Source: Candidatus Moraniibacteriota bacterium (lineage in GTDB: Bacteria > Patescibacteriota > Minisyncoccia > Moranbacterales > UBA1568). From it: a stretch of DNA of 64,000 bases. Both the position numbers and the translations under genes were made by a program. The stretch lies in assembly GCA_903859375.1 (NCBI GenBank), contig CAIOMK010000030.1, positions 5,238-69,237 on the forward strand, read 5' to 3'. Below are positions 9,258 through 18,615 of the stretch, in pieces; position 1 is the first letter of the stretch, and every line of letters begins with the position of its first letter. Below the pieces are notes generated by a model, which saw nothing but the letters and a program-made list of their open reading frames with translations, had not been told where the DNA came from and did not search any database.

Positions 9258-9563
9258 TCAATGAATCAGCCGATCTCCGGATATGAATGCGTATGTGAGA
9301 TACAAAAAGGCGAGATTCTCGATCATGAGGATCGGGATACCGACCAGGAAATACCACTTGCGTATCTTGTGGTGTAGCAAAAACATGCCGGCATATATGC
9401 CGAAACTGCCAAATGCCGCGGCCATGAAAAATAGTATACCTTCGGGAATCCTTTGCGTGCCGTCTTTCCGTGAACGTTCCTTGTCGATAAACATAGTCGT
9501 TATCGCGACGATATTCGTGGCGATAAAGAAGGTGATGAAGATGAGTAATGCTGCGTTTCCCAT
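9258..9563 (-). CDS. DUF1294-like small membrane protein
   Basis: 101 aa, 3 predicted TM helices. Pattern GILFFMAAAFGSFG..HHKIRKW resembles DUF1294. Confidence 0.45.
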   Translation of the reverse strand: MGNAALLIFITFFIATNIVAITTMFIDKERSRKDGTQRIPEGILFFMAAAFGSFGIYAGMFLLHHKIRKWYFLVGIPILMIENLAFLYLTYAFISGDRLIH

Positions 9564-9716
9564 GGCGTTTTCGTATTCATGATCAAAAACAGTCGTCTGA
9601 TGTATCCGTCTCGCGTCACCATCCTAGCATTTACCGCACATATGCTCAATCGACATACCACGAACCGCGACGGTGTCAATATCGCTACATTGTCATTAAA
9701 ACTGTACAATGAAGCC

Positions 9717-11678
9717 ATGAAACGGAATATGATTTATTTTTGCGATATCGCGCCGGTTCTGCCTATCCCGCTGGGAAACAGGCAGGTGTTTTCCTATCTT
9801 TCGGAGTCGGAGATCAAAAGGGGCGCACTTGTATGGATACCGTTCGGACCACGTACCGTAAAGGGAGTCATCTTGGCGTGTGCCGAAATCACGCGTGCCG
9901 AACATCCGAGTGGCAGATTCAAATTCGTGAAGTCGGTCATACGGGAGGCGTTCCTCACCGACGGACAGGTGTCTCTCGCCGAATCCGTTTCCAAGGAATG
10001 TCTTACCCCTCTCGGCAAGACCTTTCGTCATTTTCTTCCGGCAGTCGTCAAAGAGCGCCAGAAAGATGCGATGGCCGATCCGATGGAAAAACCCCCGTTC
10101 CGAATGACGGATGACGAGAAGGAAGCCGTCGCCGTACTTACCGGGCCGTCCGATGGACGACCGTATTTTTTGGAGGCGGATATCGGACAATCACTTCGCA
10201 TCGTGATCGGTGCAAAGCGGACGCTCGGTCAGAAATCCCAGGTACTGGTTCTCGTTCCTGAAATTATTTCCATACCGTACGTGGAGCGTACGTTGCGAGA
10301 ACGGTTCGGTTCGGATTCCGTCGCGTCTTTGCATAGCGGACTCGGTTCCGGTGCGTTTTTCTCGGCATGGGAGCGGATACGAAGTGGAGAGGCGAACGTC
10401 ATCGTCGGGACGAGACAGGCTCTTTTCGCGCCGTTTCAGAATCTCGCACTCATTGCCATGCTCGAGGAGGCGGAAACGGTCGGCTACAAACAATGGGACA
10501 TGAGTCCGCGCTATGACGCCCGACATGTGGCATCCACGCTCGCCTCACTTCATACCGCACACATCTTGTTCGCCGGTTCGGTACAGGGTCTCGATACCGG
10601 ATTGCGTGAACGGCTCGGAGAGGTCCGTGTCCTGAGGATAGGAGAAAGTGAGCCTCTTCCGACACCACCGATCACGATGGTCGATATGCGGAAAGAACGA
10701 TGGAAGAAAAACTATTCCCTGTTTTCCGAAGATCTCCGAAGCGCCATCACCGATGCCCGCAGGAACGGCCGACATGTCATTCTGATAGCGAATCGTGGTG
10801 GACTCGACTCATTTTCAGTCTGTGTCTCGTGCAAGGAAGTGCCACGCTGTCCGGAATGCGATCGGGCGCTCCGTTCGACACGGGAAGGAAGTTTCCGCTG
10901 TCCGGCCTGTCCTTATAAGACGAAAACATTTCCCCGATGCGCGAAATGTGGATCACTCGAGTTCAAAAACATCGGATCCGGTACCGAAAAGATCGAACGC
11001 GAGGCGGCTCGTGCGTTTGGAAACGCGTCGCTGTTCCGTATCGACGAATCCTCATTCAGAAAGTCAGATCGGGAAAAGGCATACGATGCGGTGATTTCTT
11101 CCGGGATTGTCGTGGGGACCCCGTCCCTTCTCAATATCGGTAAGTTGCCTGATAGCCCGCTTATTGCTATCATGGATGCAGATAATTTCCTTTCATTTCC
11201 TGACTTTCAGGCAGATGAACGGTTCCTGAGGATCGTCGCCAAAGCACTTTCCATCGCCGGGGCGGGCGGACGGGTCATCATCCAGACATTTCATCCGGAA
11301 CGGGAGATGCTTATGCATATCTCGGACCAATCCGTCATCACATTGATGGAGAAAACATCCAGGGACCGGGAAGTTCTCCGATACCCCCCATATTTTAGGA
11401 TTTTCCGCATCGCTTTCCGAGATCGGGTCGAGGCGGAATCGATCCGCTTGGCGGACGAGGCATACACCCTCCTTTCGGCGCAGGGTGTCGCGGATGCGAA
11501 TATCCGCATTTCTCCCCCGATGAAACCGCTTTCTCCGAAAGCCCGCGGGCGATATGAACGGATTATCCTTGTCACCGGACCCCGGGATGAGCCTTTTCCG
11601 GAATCGTTACAATCCATATTACTCGGCATGTCCAAATCATGGGCATTCGATCCGGATCCCTTGTCCATGCTCGGATAA
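9717..11678 (+). CDS. priA: primosomal protein N' (PriA)-like with degenerate Walker A and DExH motifs
   Basis: Start at the ATG at 9717 (MKRNMIYF); the ORF-track start at 9579 adds a non-PriA-like extension. PriA-specific 4xCxxC zinc region is present (CVSCKEVPRCPECD...CPACPYK...CAKCGS), as is VLVLVPEI. Motif I reads ADIGQSLRI in place of GVTGSGKTE, and motif II reads MLEEAE in place of IDEEHD. Confidence 0.65.
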   Translation: MKRNMIYFCDIAPVLPIPLGNRQVFSYLSESEIKRGALVWIPFGPRTVKGVILACAEITRAEHPSGRFKFVKSVIREAFLTDGQVSLAESVSKECLTPLGKTFRHFLPAVVKERQKDAMADPMEKPPFRMTDDEKEAVAVLTGPSDGRPYFLEADIGQSLRIVIGAKRTLGQKSQVLVLVPEIISIPYVERTLRERFGSDSVASLHSGLGSGAFFSAWERIRSGEANVIVGTRQALFAPFQNLALIAMLEEAETVGYKQWDMSPRYDARHVASTLASLHTAHILFAGSVQGLDTGLRERLGEVRVLRIGESEPLPTPPITMVDMRKERWKKNYSLFSEDLRSAITDARRNGRHVILIANRGGLDSFSVCVSCKEVPRCPECDRALRSTREGSFRCPACPYKTKTFPRCAKCGSLEFKNIGSGTEKIEREAARAFGNASLFRIDESSFRKSDREKAYDAVISSGIVVGTPSLLNIGKLPDSPLIAIMDADNFLSFPDFQADERFLRIVAKALSIAGAGGRVIIQTFHPEREMLMHISDQSVITLMEKTSRDREVLRYPPYFRIFRIAFRDRVEAESIRLADEAYTLLSAQGVADANIRISPPMKPLSPKARGRYERIILVTGPRDEPFPESLQSILLGMSKSWAFDPDPLSMLG

Positions 11679-11711
11679 CCGATATTACCCTCTCCAGAAT
11701 TTTTCCTGTTT

Positions 11712-12182
11712 ATGTTCAATATCATCACATTTGACAATGACGATGCCGCCGTCTTGAGAAAGAAGGCTTCCCGTATCGCCGATCCGACCTCGCCCGAGAT
11801 GATCGCGCTCGTTCCGAAAATGATCGAGGCGATGAGACTCGCCGACGGCACCGGACTTGCCGCTCCGCAGGTCGGTCTTTCAATCCGCCTATTTGTCATC
11901 GAGACGGGCGGTCGTGTCACAGTCGTGTTCAACCCGGTCATCATCGAATATTCCGAGGAAAAGACCGTTTCCGAAGAGGGTTGCCTCAGTGTGCCGAACG
12001 AGTACTTTCCCATCGAGCGTTTCACCCGCATCAGGATGGAATATCAGGATATCGAAGGAAAGAAACATATAATAGACGCAGATGGGTTTCTTTCGACCGT
12101 GCTCCAACATGAGTACGATCATCTCGATGGAGTACTTATCATAGACCGTTTCACTCTGCAACATTCACCCGATCGCCTATGA
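11712..12182 (+). CDS. def: peptide deformylase
   Basis: 156 aa. Motifs GLAAPQVG, EGCLS and QHEYDHLDG are the three PDF signatures. Confidence 0.85.
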   Translation: MFNIITFDNDDAAVLRKKASRIADPTSPEMIALVPKMIEAMRLADGTGLAAPQVGLSIRLFVIETGGRVTVVFNPVIIEYSEEKTVSEEGCLSVPNEYFPIERFTRIRMEYQDIEGKKHIIDADGFLSTVLQHEYDHLDGVLIIDRFTLQHSPDRL

Positions 12183-13219
12183 CATTCGACATTACGCCGA
12201 AACAGGAACCGATACCCCCGATCGACACGGCCGAGGCGCAGGCAGCTGGCAGGATATCTCGTCCGGCGACACCGGACATCCGGGTCGTTTTCATGGGGAC
12301 GCCCGAATTTTCGAAAGACATACTCGAGGGGTTGCTCGACTGCGATTACCATATCGTCGCGTGTTACACGAGGCCGGACAAGCCTGTCGGACGAAAACAG
12401 GAATTGACGCTTTCTCCCGTGAAACGGCTTTCCATAGAGCGGAATATTCCCGTTGAACAGCCGATCAGATTCGATGTGGCAGCGATCGATCAGCTCCGTT
12501 CATATCATCCGGACCTCGTCGTCGTCGCCGCGTATGGCAGACTGCTCCCGGAACATGCGCTTTCCGTTCCGAAATTCGGATGCCTGAACGTCCATACGTC
12601 CCTTCTCCCCCGTTGGCGCGGTGCTTCGCCAGTCCAAAACGCATTGCTTGCCGGCGATACCGGTACCGGAGTTACCATAATCCATATGGACGCCGGAATG
12701 GACACCGGACCGATACTCGCACAGGAAGCGTTTCATATACGCGATAACGATACCCGAGATTCCCTCCTTTCACGCATGACGGAGGATGGGATTCGGCTTC
12801 TGGTAGACAGTATCCCGCGATGGGTCGAGCATCGGATTATTCCCCTTGAACAGGACGGCTCTCAGGCCACACTCTGCCAGCTTATAGAACGCGAAGACGG
12901 GCATATCTTTTGGAGCGAATCGGCCGAGTCTGTTTTGAACCGGTATCGGGCGCTTCATCCGTGGCCCGGCATTTTCACCTTTTGGAATCGTACGGAAGGC
13001 CTCCTCCGCCTCAAATTGGTCCGCATCTCGATCCAGAAGTCAGATCCGTCCACCAGTCATTCTTTCGGAGAAGTATTTCAATCGGGTGAGAAGATCGCTG
13101 TTCAGACCGGAGTGGGCTTGGTGTTCATCGAAGAGGTTCAGCCGGAAGGCAAAAATGTCATGCCTATACGTGATTTTCTGAACGGCCGGCCGGATTTTAT
13201 CGGTGCCATACTTACCTGA
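12179..13219 (+). CDS. fmt: methionyl-tRNA formyltransferase
   Basis: ATGA overlap with the def stop. Core begins RVVFMGTPEF; the HxSLLPxxRG motif is present (NVHTSLLPRWRGASP). A ~33 aa N-terminal extension is implied by the ATG at 12179. Confidence 0.85.
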   Translation: MTFDITPKQEPIPPIDTAEAQAAGRISRPATPDIRVVFMGTPEFSKDILEGLLDCDYHIVACYTRPDKPVGRKQELTLSPVKRLSIERNIPVEQPIRFDVAAIDQLRSYHPDLVVVAAYGRLLPEHALSVPKFGCLNVHTSLLPRWRGASPVQNALLAGDTGTGVTIIHMDAGMDTGPILAQEAFHIRDNDTRDSLLSRMTEDGIRLLVDSIPRWVEHRIIPLEQDGSQATLCQLIEREDGHIFWSESAESVLNRYRALHPWPGIFTFWNRTEGLLRLKLVRISIQKSDPSTSHSFGEVFQSGEKIAVQTGVGLVFIEEVQPEGKNVMPIRDFLNGRPDFIGAILT

Positions 13220-13303
13220 CCGATCGCATCCTCCCTGAAAAGTGGTATACTGTCGTCAATGATTGAAACGTTTCATTCATAATGTAAAACGAACAGGAAA
13301 ACT

Positions 13304-14107
13304 ATGAGACAACAGATTCTTTCCAGACAGGATGTGACAGCCGTAGTCGTCGGTTTCAGTCTTATCGTTGTAGTGAGCTCGTTTTTTCTTCTGAGGGGTT
13401 CTTTTGAGGATTCCAAGAAAACGCAATCTGCATCAGACCAAAGCGGTACCGCAAAAAAGGTACTGCTCCCATTCGTGGCCGTCCTCGATCTCCGGACGCT
13501 TCTGGTAACGGATGCCGCCGCCATACGAGTGGTGGATCTTAGGACTGATTCCGATTTTCGTCTCGCTCATGTGGTCGGTTCGGTTTTAGCCACTTCTCCC
13601 GACGCCGTTTCTGCCGTCAGTCTCCCGTCCGGAGGAACGCTCGTTCTCATTCCTTCCGGAAACGACGATATCAATCAGGCCGTTCAAGAGGATCTCTCCA
13701 AAGGTGAGCGGAAGTTCGCGTTTCTGAAAAACGGTCTCTCCGACTGGGTGTCCGCAGGTGGAACCATCGTTACCGAGCCGAATTTTTCATCGGCAATCGA
13801 CCGCTCGAAAGTCACCTTCATCAAGCCTGTCGCCTGGAACGATATGATTGCGAAGAAGGACATACGGTACCGCATTCTCGATGTCCGACCTTCATTCGAA
13901 TCATCCAAATCTGCCATAGTCGGAGCCTTGAATATTCCCTTTGATGAACTTGAAAACCGTCGCGCCGAGTTGCCGATAGCCAGCAATATAGCCCTGTGCG
14001 CAGGCAACACCGACGACGCGTACCGTGGGGCGATACGGCTTTTCGACCTTGGTTTCTTTTCGGTAAAGACTCTCGATGGGGCATGTTCCGATATCGCGGT
14101 GAAATAG
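13304..14107 (+). CDS. membrane-anchored rhodanese-like domain protein
   Basis: N-terminal TM helix. Rhodanese-homology features (RILDVRP...GALNIPFDEL; CAGNTDD loop). A canonical C-x5-R active-site loop is not evident. Confidence 0.55.
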   Translation: MRQQILSRQDVTAVVVGFSLIVVVSSFFLLRGSFEDSKKTQSASDQSGTAKKVLLPFVAVLDLRTLLVTDAAAIRVVDLRTDSDFRLAHVVGSVLATSPDAVSAVSLPSGGTLVLIPSGNDDINQAVQEDLSKGERKFAFLKNGLSDWVSAGGTIVTEPNFSSAIDRSKVTFIKPVAWNDMIAKKDIRYRILDVRPSFESSKSAIVGALNIPFDELENRRAELPIASNIALCAGNTDDAYRGAIRLFDLGFFSVKTLDGACSDIAVK

Positions 14108-14136
14108 TTTCCGAATCACGACCGCATCTTCATCTT

Positions 14137-14835
14137 ATGGAATTCGTACGTGGATACTCGAAAAAAGACGACGGGTCGATGTATCTGTCCGCGAACGGGT
14201 TCGATCCGGAGAACGTCTCGAACAGACGACGTTTTTTCAGTACGGAAGGACATGACGGGATGCCGGTCATCGCGGCCGGCCTGATACATGGCACGGCGAT
14301 ATCCGTCGTCGACTTGAAATCGCCGGTATACATCAGCGAGACAGACGCGCTTGTCACGGACAAGCCCGGTATCCTGCTATCGCTTACCGGAGCCGACTGT
14401 TTCCCTGTTTTTTTCGAGGATCCGTATGCCGGGAACATCGGTATCTGTCATGCAGGGTGGCGAGGTATCCTCGGTGGTATCGTGCCGGGAACAGCCGAGG
14501 CTCTCCATACGCTCGGTTCGGATACGAAGCATATCGCCGTTCATATCGGGTCGGGAATCTGTGCCGATCATTTTGAAATCGGACCGGATGTCGTCCCCTT
14601 CTTCGAGTCGTACAAAGAAGCGATTCATCATATCGGCACGGGTGATGACAAGAAAATTCTCGTCGATCTGAAACGGATTATACGACGCCAGCTTACTGAT
14701 ACCGGCATCACCGAGGACCATATTTCGGATGCGAATGAATGCACTTATTGCCTGGAGGAAACATACTATTCGTTTCGGCGGGACCATCCGGACACGCCGC
14801 AGACACAAGTCGCCTATATCGGAATGAGGGCATGA
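14137..14835 (+). CDS. YfiH/PgeF-family (DUF152, laccase-domain) protein
   Basis: Start at the ATG at 14137 (MEFVRGY), downstream of the rhodanese gene stop. Conserved LTGADC and HAGWRG motifs. Confidence 0.75.
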   Translation: MEFVRGYSKKDDGSMYLSANGFDPENVSNRRRFFSTEGHDGMPVIAAGLIHGTAISVVDLKSPVYISETDALVTDKPGILLSLTGADCFPVFFEDPYAGNIGICHAGWRGILGGIVPGTAEALHTLGSDTKHIAVHIGSGICADHFEIGPDVVPFFESYKEAIHHIGTGDDKKILVDLKRIIRRQLTDTGITEDHISDANECTYCLEETYYSFRRDHPDTPQTQVAYIGMRA

Positions 14836-14862
14836 AAAAACCACGGACACCCGTGGTTTTTC
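14836..14862. terminator. bidirectional intrinsic terminator between convergent yfiH-like and groES
   Basis: AAAAACCACGG-ACAC-CCGTGGTTTTT. A perfect GC-rich 6-bp stem is extended by an A-run on one side and a T-run on the other. Confidence 0.5.
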
Positions 14863-14876
14863 AGAAGATGGCGTTC

Positions 14877-15155
14877 TTATTTTTCCACAATCGCGAGTAC
14901 GTCTTTGGTGGCGACGATGACATGGTCGATACCGTCGACTTTGACGTCCGCACCACCGTAGCGGGTGTAAATGACGGTCTGCCCCTTCTTCACCTTGATC
15001 TTCTCACTGTCTCCGACAGCGATCACCTTGCCTTGCTGCGGCCGTTCTTCCGAGGCGTTTTCCGGAAGATAGATTCCGGCCGATGTCTTTTTCTCCGGCT
15101 TTTCCGGAGAGATGAGGATGTATTCCCCGAGCGGTTTTACGTTCGTTGTCGACAT
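14877..15155 (-). CDS. groS: co-chaperonin GroES
   Basis: 92 aa. Cpn10 pattern (PLGEYILIS..SAGIYLP...GKVIAVGD...VKKGQTVIY...VLAIV). No groEL immediately downstream. Confidence 0.8.
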   Translation of the reverse strand: MSTTNVKPLGEYILISPEKPEKKTSAGIYLPENASEERPQQGKVIAVGDSEKIKVKKGQTVIYTRYGGADVKVDGIDHVIVATKDVLAIVEK

Positions 15156-15175
15156 ATGTATTCGGTATTTTCTGA

Positions 15176-16498
15176 TTATTTCCCGATCAGCTTCAGCATA
15201 AGTTCGATCGCCTTGTCTTTTTGGGGATCATTACCGGCTTTGATATCGTCAATCGTTATGCCGACTTCCGTATCGGGAGAGATGCCTTTTTCATTGATCT
15301 GATTCCCATTCGGGGTGAGCCAGCGGGCGATGGTGACTTTGACCGACATGTCCGCGCCGACGGGAATGAGTTCCTGAACGGATCCTTTGCCATATGACTT
15401 CTTGCCGACAAGCGAGACATTTGTCCGGTCCTCACGAAGCGCTCCCGCGAGTATTTCCGATGCGCTCGCGCTTCCCTCATCGATAAGTACGATGGTCGGT
15501 ATATCGGACAACACGTCGCCGCCGAGCGTATTTTCAGCTTTCTTTTCGCCCTTGCCGTTCTCTTCCCAGACGACCGTCTTGCCGGATGGGATCATGAGAC
15601 TGGCCATGGATACCGCCGCGTCGAGGAGCCCTCCCGGATTGCTCCGTAGATCGAGGATGATGCCTTTCGGAGGTTTCGTTTTCAGTTGGGATACGGCGAC
15701 ATGGAATTCGCTGTCCGTGTCGTCACCGAATTTGCTGACCCGCAAGACGGCGATACCGTCGTCACGGACATCAAGTTTCACGCTCTTCACATTGATGACA
15801 TCGCGGATAACGGGAATTTCGCGTGATTCCAATTCACCGCTCCGATAGATGGTCAGTTTCACTTCCGTTCCTTTCTGTCCGCGTATCTTGCCTACAGCCT
15901 GTTCAAGCGCCATTCCTGTCGTCTTTTCGCCGTCTATTTTGAGCACCTTGTCGTTCGGACGAAGACCCGCTTTCTCTGCCGGGGTTCCGTCGAGTGGCGC
16001 GATAACGGTCAGGATGTCGTCCCGCATGCCCATTTCGGCACCGATCCCCTGGAACTTCCCGGACATATCTTCATTGAAAGACTTCTGTTCTTCCGGATCA
16101 AAAAATGTCGTATACGGATCTCCGGTCGCCGCAAGCATTCCCTTGATTGATCCGTAGAAAAGCTTTTTCGCATCAAGATTCCCCCGGTCGACATATTTAT
16201 CCTTGAGAATATTCCAGACTTTCCAGAACAGGGAGAAATCGATCGTGTTTTCTTGGTTGGCCGTGTTGGAAAAAACCGCCGAGCTCGGAGAAAGGACTGA
16301 TGAGGCATTCGAACCTGTCCCGATTGATCCCCGGTCCAGACCGAACAGATAAGAACCATACATGGCGGCACACACGAAAAACACACCGAGCACTTTGGTG
16401 ACGAGACGGCGGTTGCTTCGTTCCATGTTCGCCGGGTCCGGCGTCGGTTCGGAAGTATTGACTGCTTCTCCAGGTGTCGTTTGTTCTTCGTTCATCAT
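15176..16498 (-). CDS. ctpA: carboxyl-terminal processing protease (S41 family) with PDZ domain
   Basis: 440 aa. N-terminal TM anchor, PDZ-like segment, catalytic Ser motif GSASASEILAGAL and Lys motif SYGKGS. Confidence 0.8.
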   Translation of the reverse strand: MMNEEQTTPGEAVNTSEPTPDPANMERSNRRLVTKVLGVFFVCAAMYGSYLFGLDRGSIGTGSNASSVLSPSSAVFSNTANQENTIDFSLFWKVWNILKDKYVDRGNLDAKKLFYGSIKGMLAATGDPYTTFFDPEEQKSFNEDMSGKFQGIGAEMGMRDDILTVIAPLDGTPAEKAGLRPNDKVLKIDGEKTTGMALEQAVGKIRGQKGTEVKLTIYRSGELESREIPVIRDVINVKSVKLDVRDDGIAVLRVSKFGDDTDSEFHVAVSQLKTKPPKGIILDLRSNPGGLLDAAVSMASLMIPSGKTVVWEENGKGEKKAENTLGGDVLSDIPTIVLIDEGSASASEILAGALREDRTNVSLVGKKSYGKGSVQELIPVGADMSVKVTIARWLTPNGNQINEKGISPDTEVGITIDDIKAGNDPQKDKAIELMLKLIGK

Positions 16499-17373
16499 TC
16501 GTGTTTTGGAAGTGGTTTACCGAAATATTTCCAAAAATACTTCATTGCGCTCGATATATGATACCATGTCAGCCGATTCAGTAGAAGGGAACGGAGGAAG
16601 CTGCCGCTCGCACTCCCCTTTCCGTGATAATGGTAGACGGGAATGGATGGAACATGCATGACCTTCCATCCGGCATCCCAAAATCGGCGACACCAGTCGA
16701 CATCCTCCATATACATGAAAAATCTCGTATCCATGGATCCGATTTCCTCGGCCGCGGACCGGCGTACGAACATCGCCGAGCCCATGATCCAATCGACCGT
16801 CCGTGGGTCCTTCCGGTCATAGTCCTTCATGAGGAACCAATCGAGATGCCTCCGACCGAACGGAAGCTTTCCCAACATGGTTCGACGATAGAGAATCGTC
16901 CAGGGTCGATAGAAGCGGAAACAGGATACCTGCTCGCTCCCGTTGAAATTTATCTGTCTCGGTCCGATAACGCCGATATGTGGATCGGACTCCATGAACC
17001 GGATCAAGGAAGGAACCGTCTCTTCGGTCAGGATGATATCGTGATTAATAAGAAAGAGGAATTCCCCTTTTGATTCCTCGAGTGAGCGATTGAGTAGTAC
17101 ACGGAATCCGACATTGCGTTCATAGGGAAAAAACCGTGCCTGTGGAAATTCTTCCATTACGAGTCGGGTGGCCTCTTCGGTGTCACTGTCAACGACGAGC
17201 ACCTCGAAATCCTCCTTTCCTGCGAAGCGAAAAACCGACTCGAGGCAGAGACGGAGCAATTCCGGGTTGCGATAACTGTTGATGGCGATGGAAATTTTCG
17301 GTCGCATGTGTTTGGATTCATCTGATTCTGATACCGTCTCTTCAAGATTTCGGGAGAGTGCTATGGCTTTCAT
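16495..17373 (-). CDS. GT2-family glycosyltransferase
   Basis: GT-A features (ISIAINSYRNPE, VLVVDSDT, DxD-like DVDWCRR). Its stop overlaps the ctpA start as ATGA. An alternative start exists at 17307 (MRPKISIA). Confidence 0.7.
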   Translation of the reverse strand: MKAIALSRNLEETVSESDESKHMRPKISIAINSYRNPELLRLCLESVFRFAGKEDFEVLVVDSDTEEATRLVMEEFPQARFFPYERNVGFRVLLNRSLEESKGEFLFLINHDIILTEETVPSLIRFMESDPHIGVIGPRQINFNGSEQVSCFRFYRPWTILYRRTMLGKLPFGRRHLDWFLMKDYDRKDPRTVDWIMGSAMFVRRSAAEEIGSMDTRFFMYMEDVDWCRRFWDAGWKVMHVPSIPVYHYHGKGSASGSFLRSLLLNRLTWYHISSAMKYFWKYFGKPLPKHE

Positions 17374-17451
17374 CCACCATCCCCCTGGGAAAGGCTATCG
17401 CACTTGTGGCTCCCGGGCAAGCGGATGAACCCGCCTTGTCTCTCTGAATCG

Positions 17452-18615
17452 TCAGTCGGTCCGATCCGAAACGGACATATAACACGAAATCATCATTCCG
17501 GCGCTCGCGCCCCAGTCGAAGGATTCGAGCCTGATTTTTCCGGCCGTACCCGCCTTGCGAGCGGCTGTCTTGTCGACGAGGAGCATCCGCAACGAATCTG
17601 CGCAGGCGGAGACGTCCATCGGATCGAAGTACGTCACCGCTTCTCCCCCGACCTCGCGAAATGGCGGGATATCCGAAGCGACGACCGGAGTGCCGGCGGC
17701 AAACGCTTCGAGAAGTGGTATGCCGAATCCTTCATATCGTGACGGAAAAGCAAGTATCGACGCAAGACGATAGAGTGCAGGCATATCTTCTTGCTGCACA
17801 TACCCCGGAAAGACAATCGAATCTTCAAGTCCGTCTTCCGACTTGATAGCATCGTCAATCGCGGTATCATAGTGCCTGCCTCCATGACCGCCGACCAAGA
17901 CGAGTTTGAGGTTGGGAAACTCTTTTCGTATTTTGGCGAATGCTCCGATCAGGGTCGGTATATTTTTTCGCGGTTGCATCGTGCCGACGGACAGAATGAA
18001 AGATTCCGGAAGTCCGTTCCGTGATTGTGCGAGGGCAAGCATCTCCGTTGTCGGTTCGACGAGAAACGACGGGTCGACCGCGTTGTGTATGACGGTTATC
18101 CTGTCTTTGGAAACACCATACGAAGAGATGATCTCATCACGGGTGAACGCCGATGGAACGACGATCATTTCCGAGCGTCTCATGGTATGCGGTATGAAGA
18201 AAGAGAGAAACAACCGATCTGCCACCCCGATGTATTCCGGGAACATCCTGAAGGAGATGTCATGAATATGAGTGACGACTTTGGTTCTTCGGGGAACGAA
18301 TGACGGAAGGATATATTGCGTATGGAACACGTCCACCGATCGTTTCGATAGGAATAGGGGCACGGAAAAAAAATTCCATTCGTATCGGTTTCGGGCCCGA
18401 AGCACGACGATTTCCGCGTTCTCCGGAAGCCGTCCGTCTTTCCCGAGCAACGTCAATATACGGTCGGTCGATTCCGAGTCGGCCTTGTCGGTCAAGAGCA
18501 GGTATCGGTTGACGGTATCGGCCGTGAGCACTTCGCGGGTGAGATTCCGAAATACCGCTTCGTCTCCGGTGCGGTTTTGTCCGATAAGGCGTATGTCTAT
18601 GGCGATTGTGATCAT
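17452..18615 (-). CDS. GT4-family glycosyltransferase (GT-B)
   Basis: EGFGIPLLEAFAAGTPVVASD motif. Overlaps the upstream Wzy-like gene by 4 nt. Confidence 0.75.
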   Translation of the reverse strand: MITIAIDIRLIGQNRTGDEAVFRNLTREVLTADTVNRYLLLTDKADSESTDRILTLLGKDGRLPENAEIVVLRARNRYEWNFFSVPLFLSKRSVDVFHTQYILPSFVPRRTKVVTHIHDISFRMFPEYIGVADRLFLSFFIPHTMRRSEMIVVPSAFTRDEIISSYGVSKDRITVIHNAVDPSFLVEPTTEMLALAQSRNGLPESFILSVGTMQPRKNIPTLIGAFAKIRKEFPNLKLVLVGGHGGRHYDTAIDDAIKSEDGLEDSIVFPGYVQQEDMPALYRLASILAFPSRYEGFGIPLLEAFAAGTPVVASDIPPFREVGGEAVTYFDPMDVSACADSLRMLLVDKTAARKAGTAGKIRLESFDWGASAGMMISCYMSVSDRTD

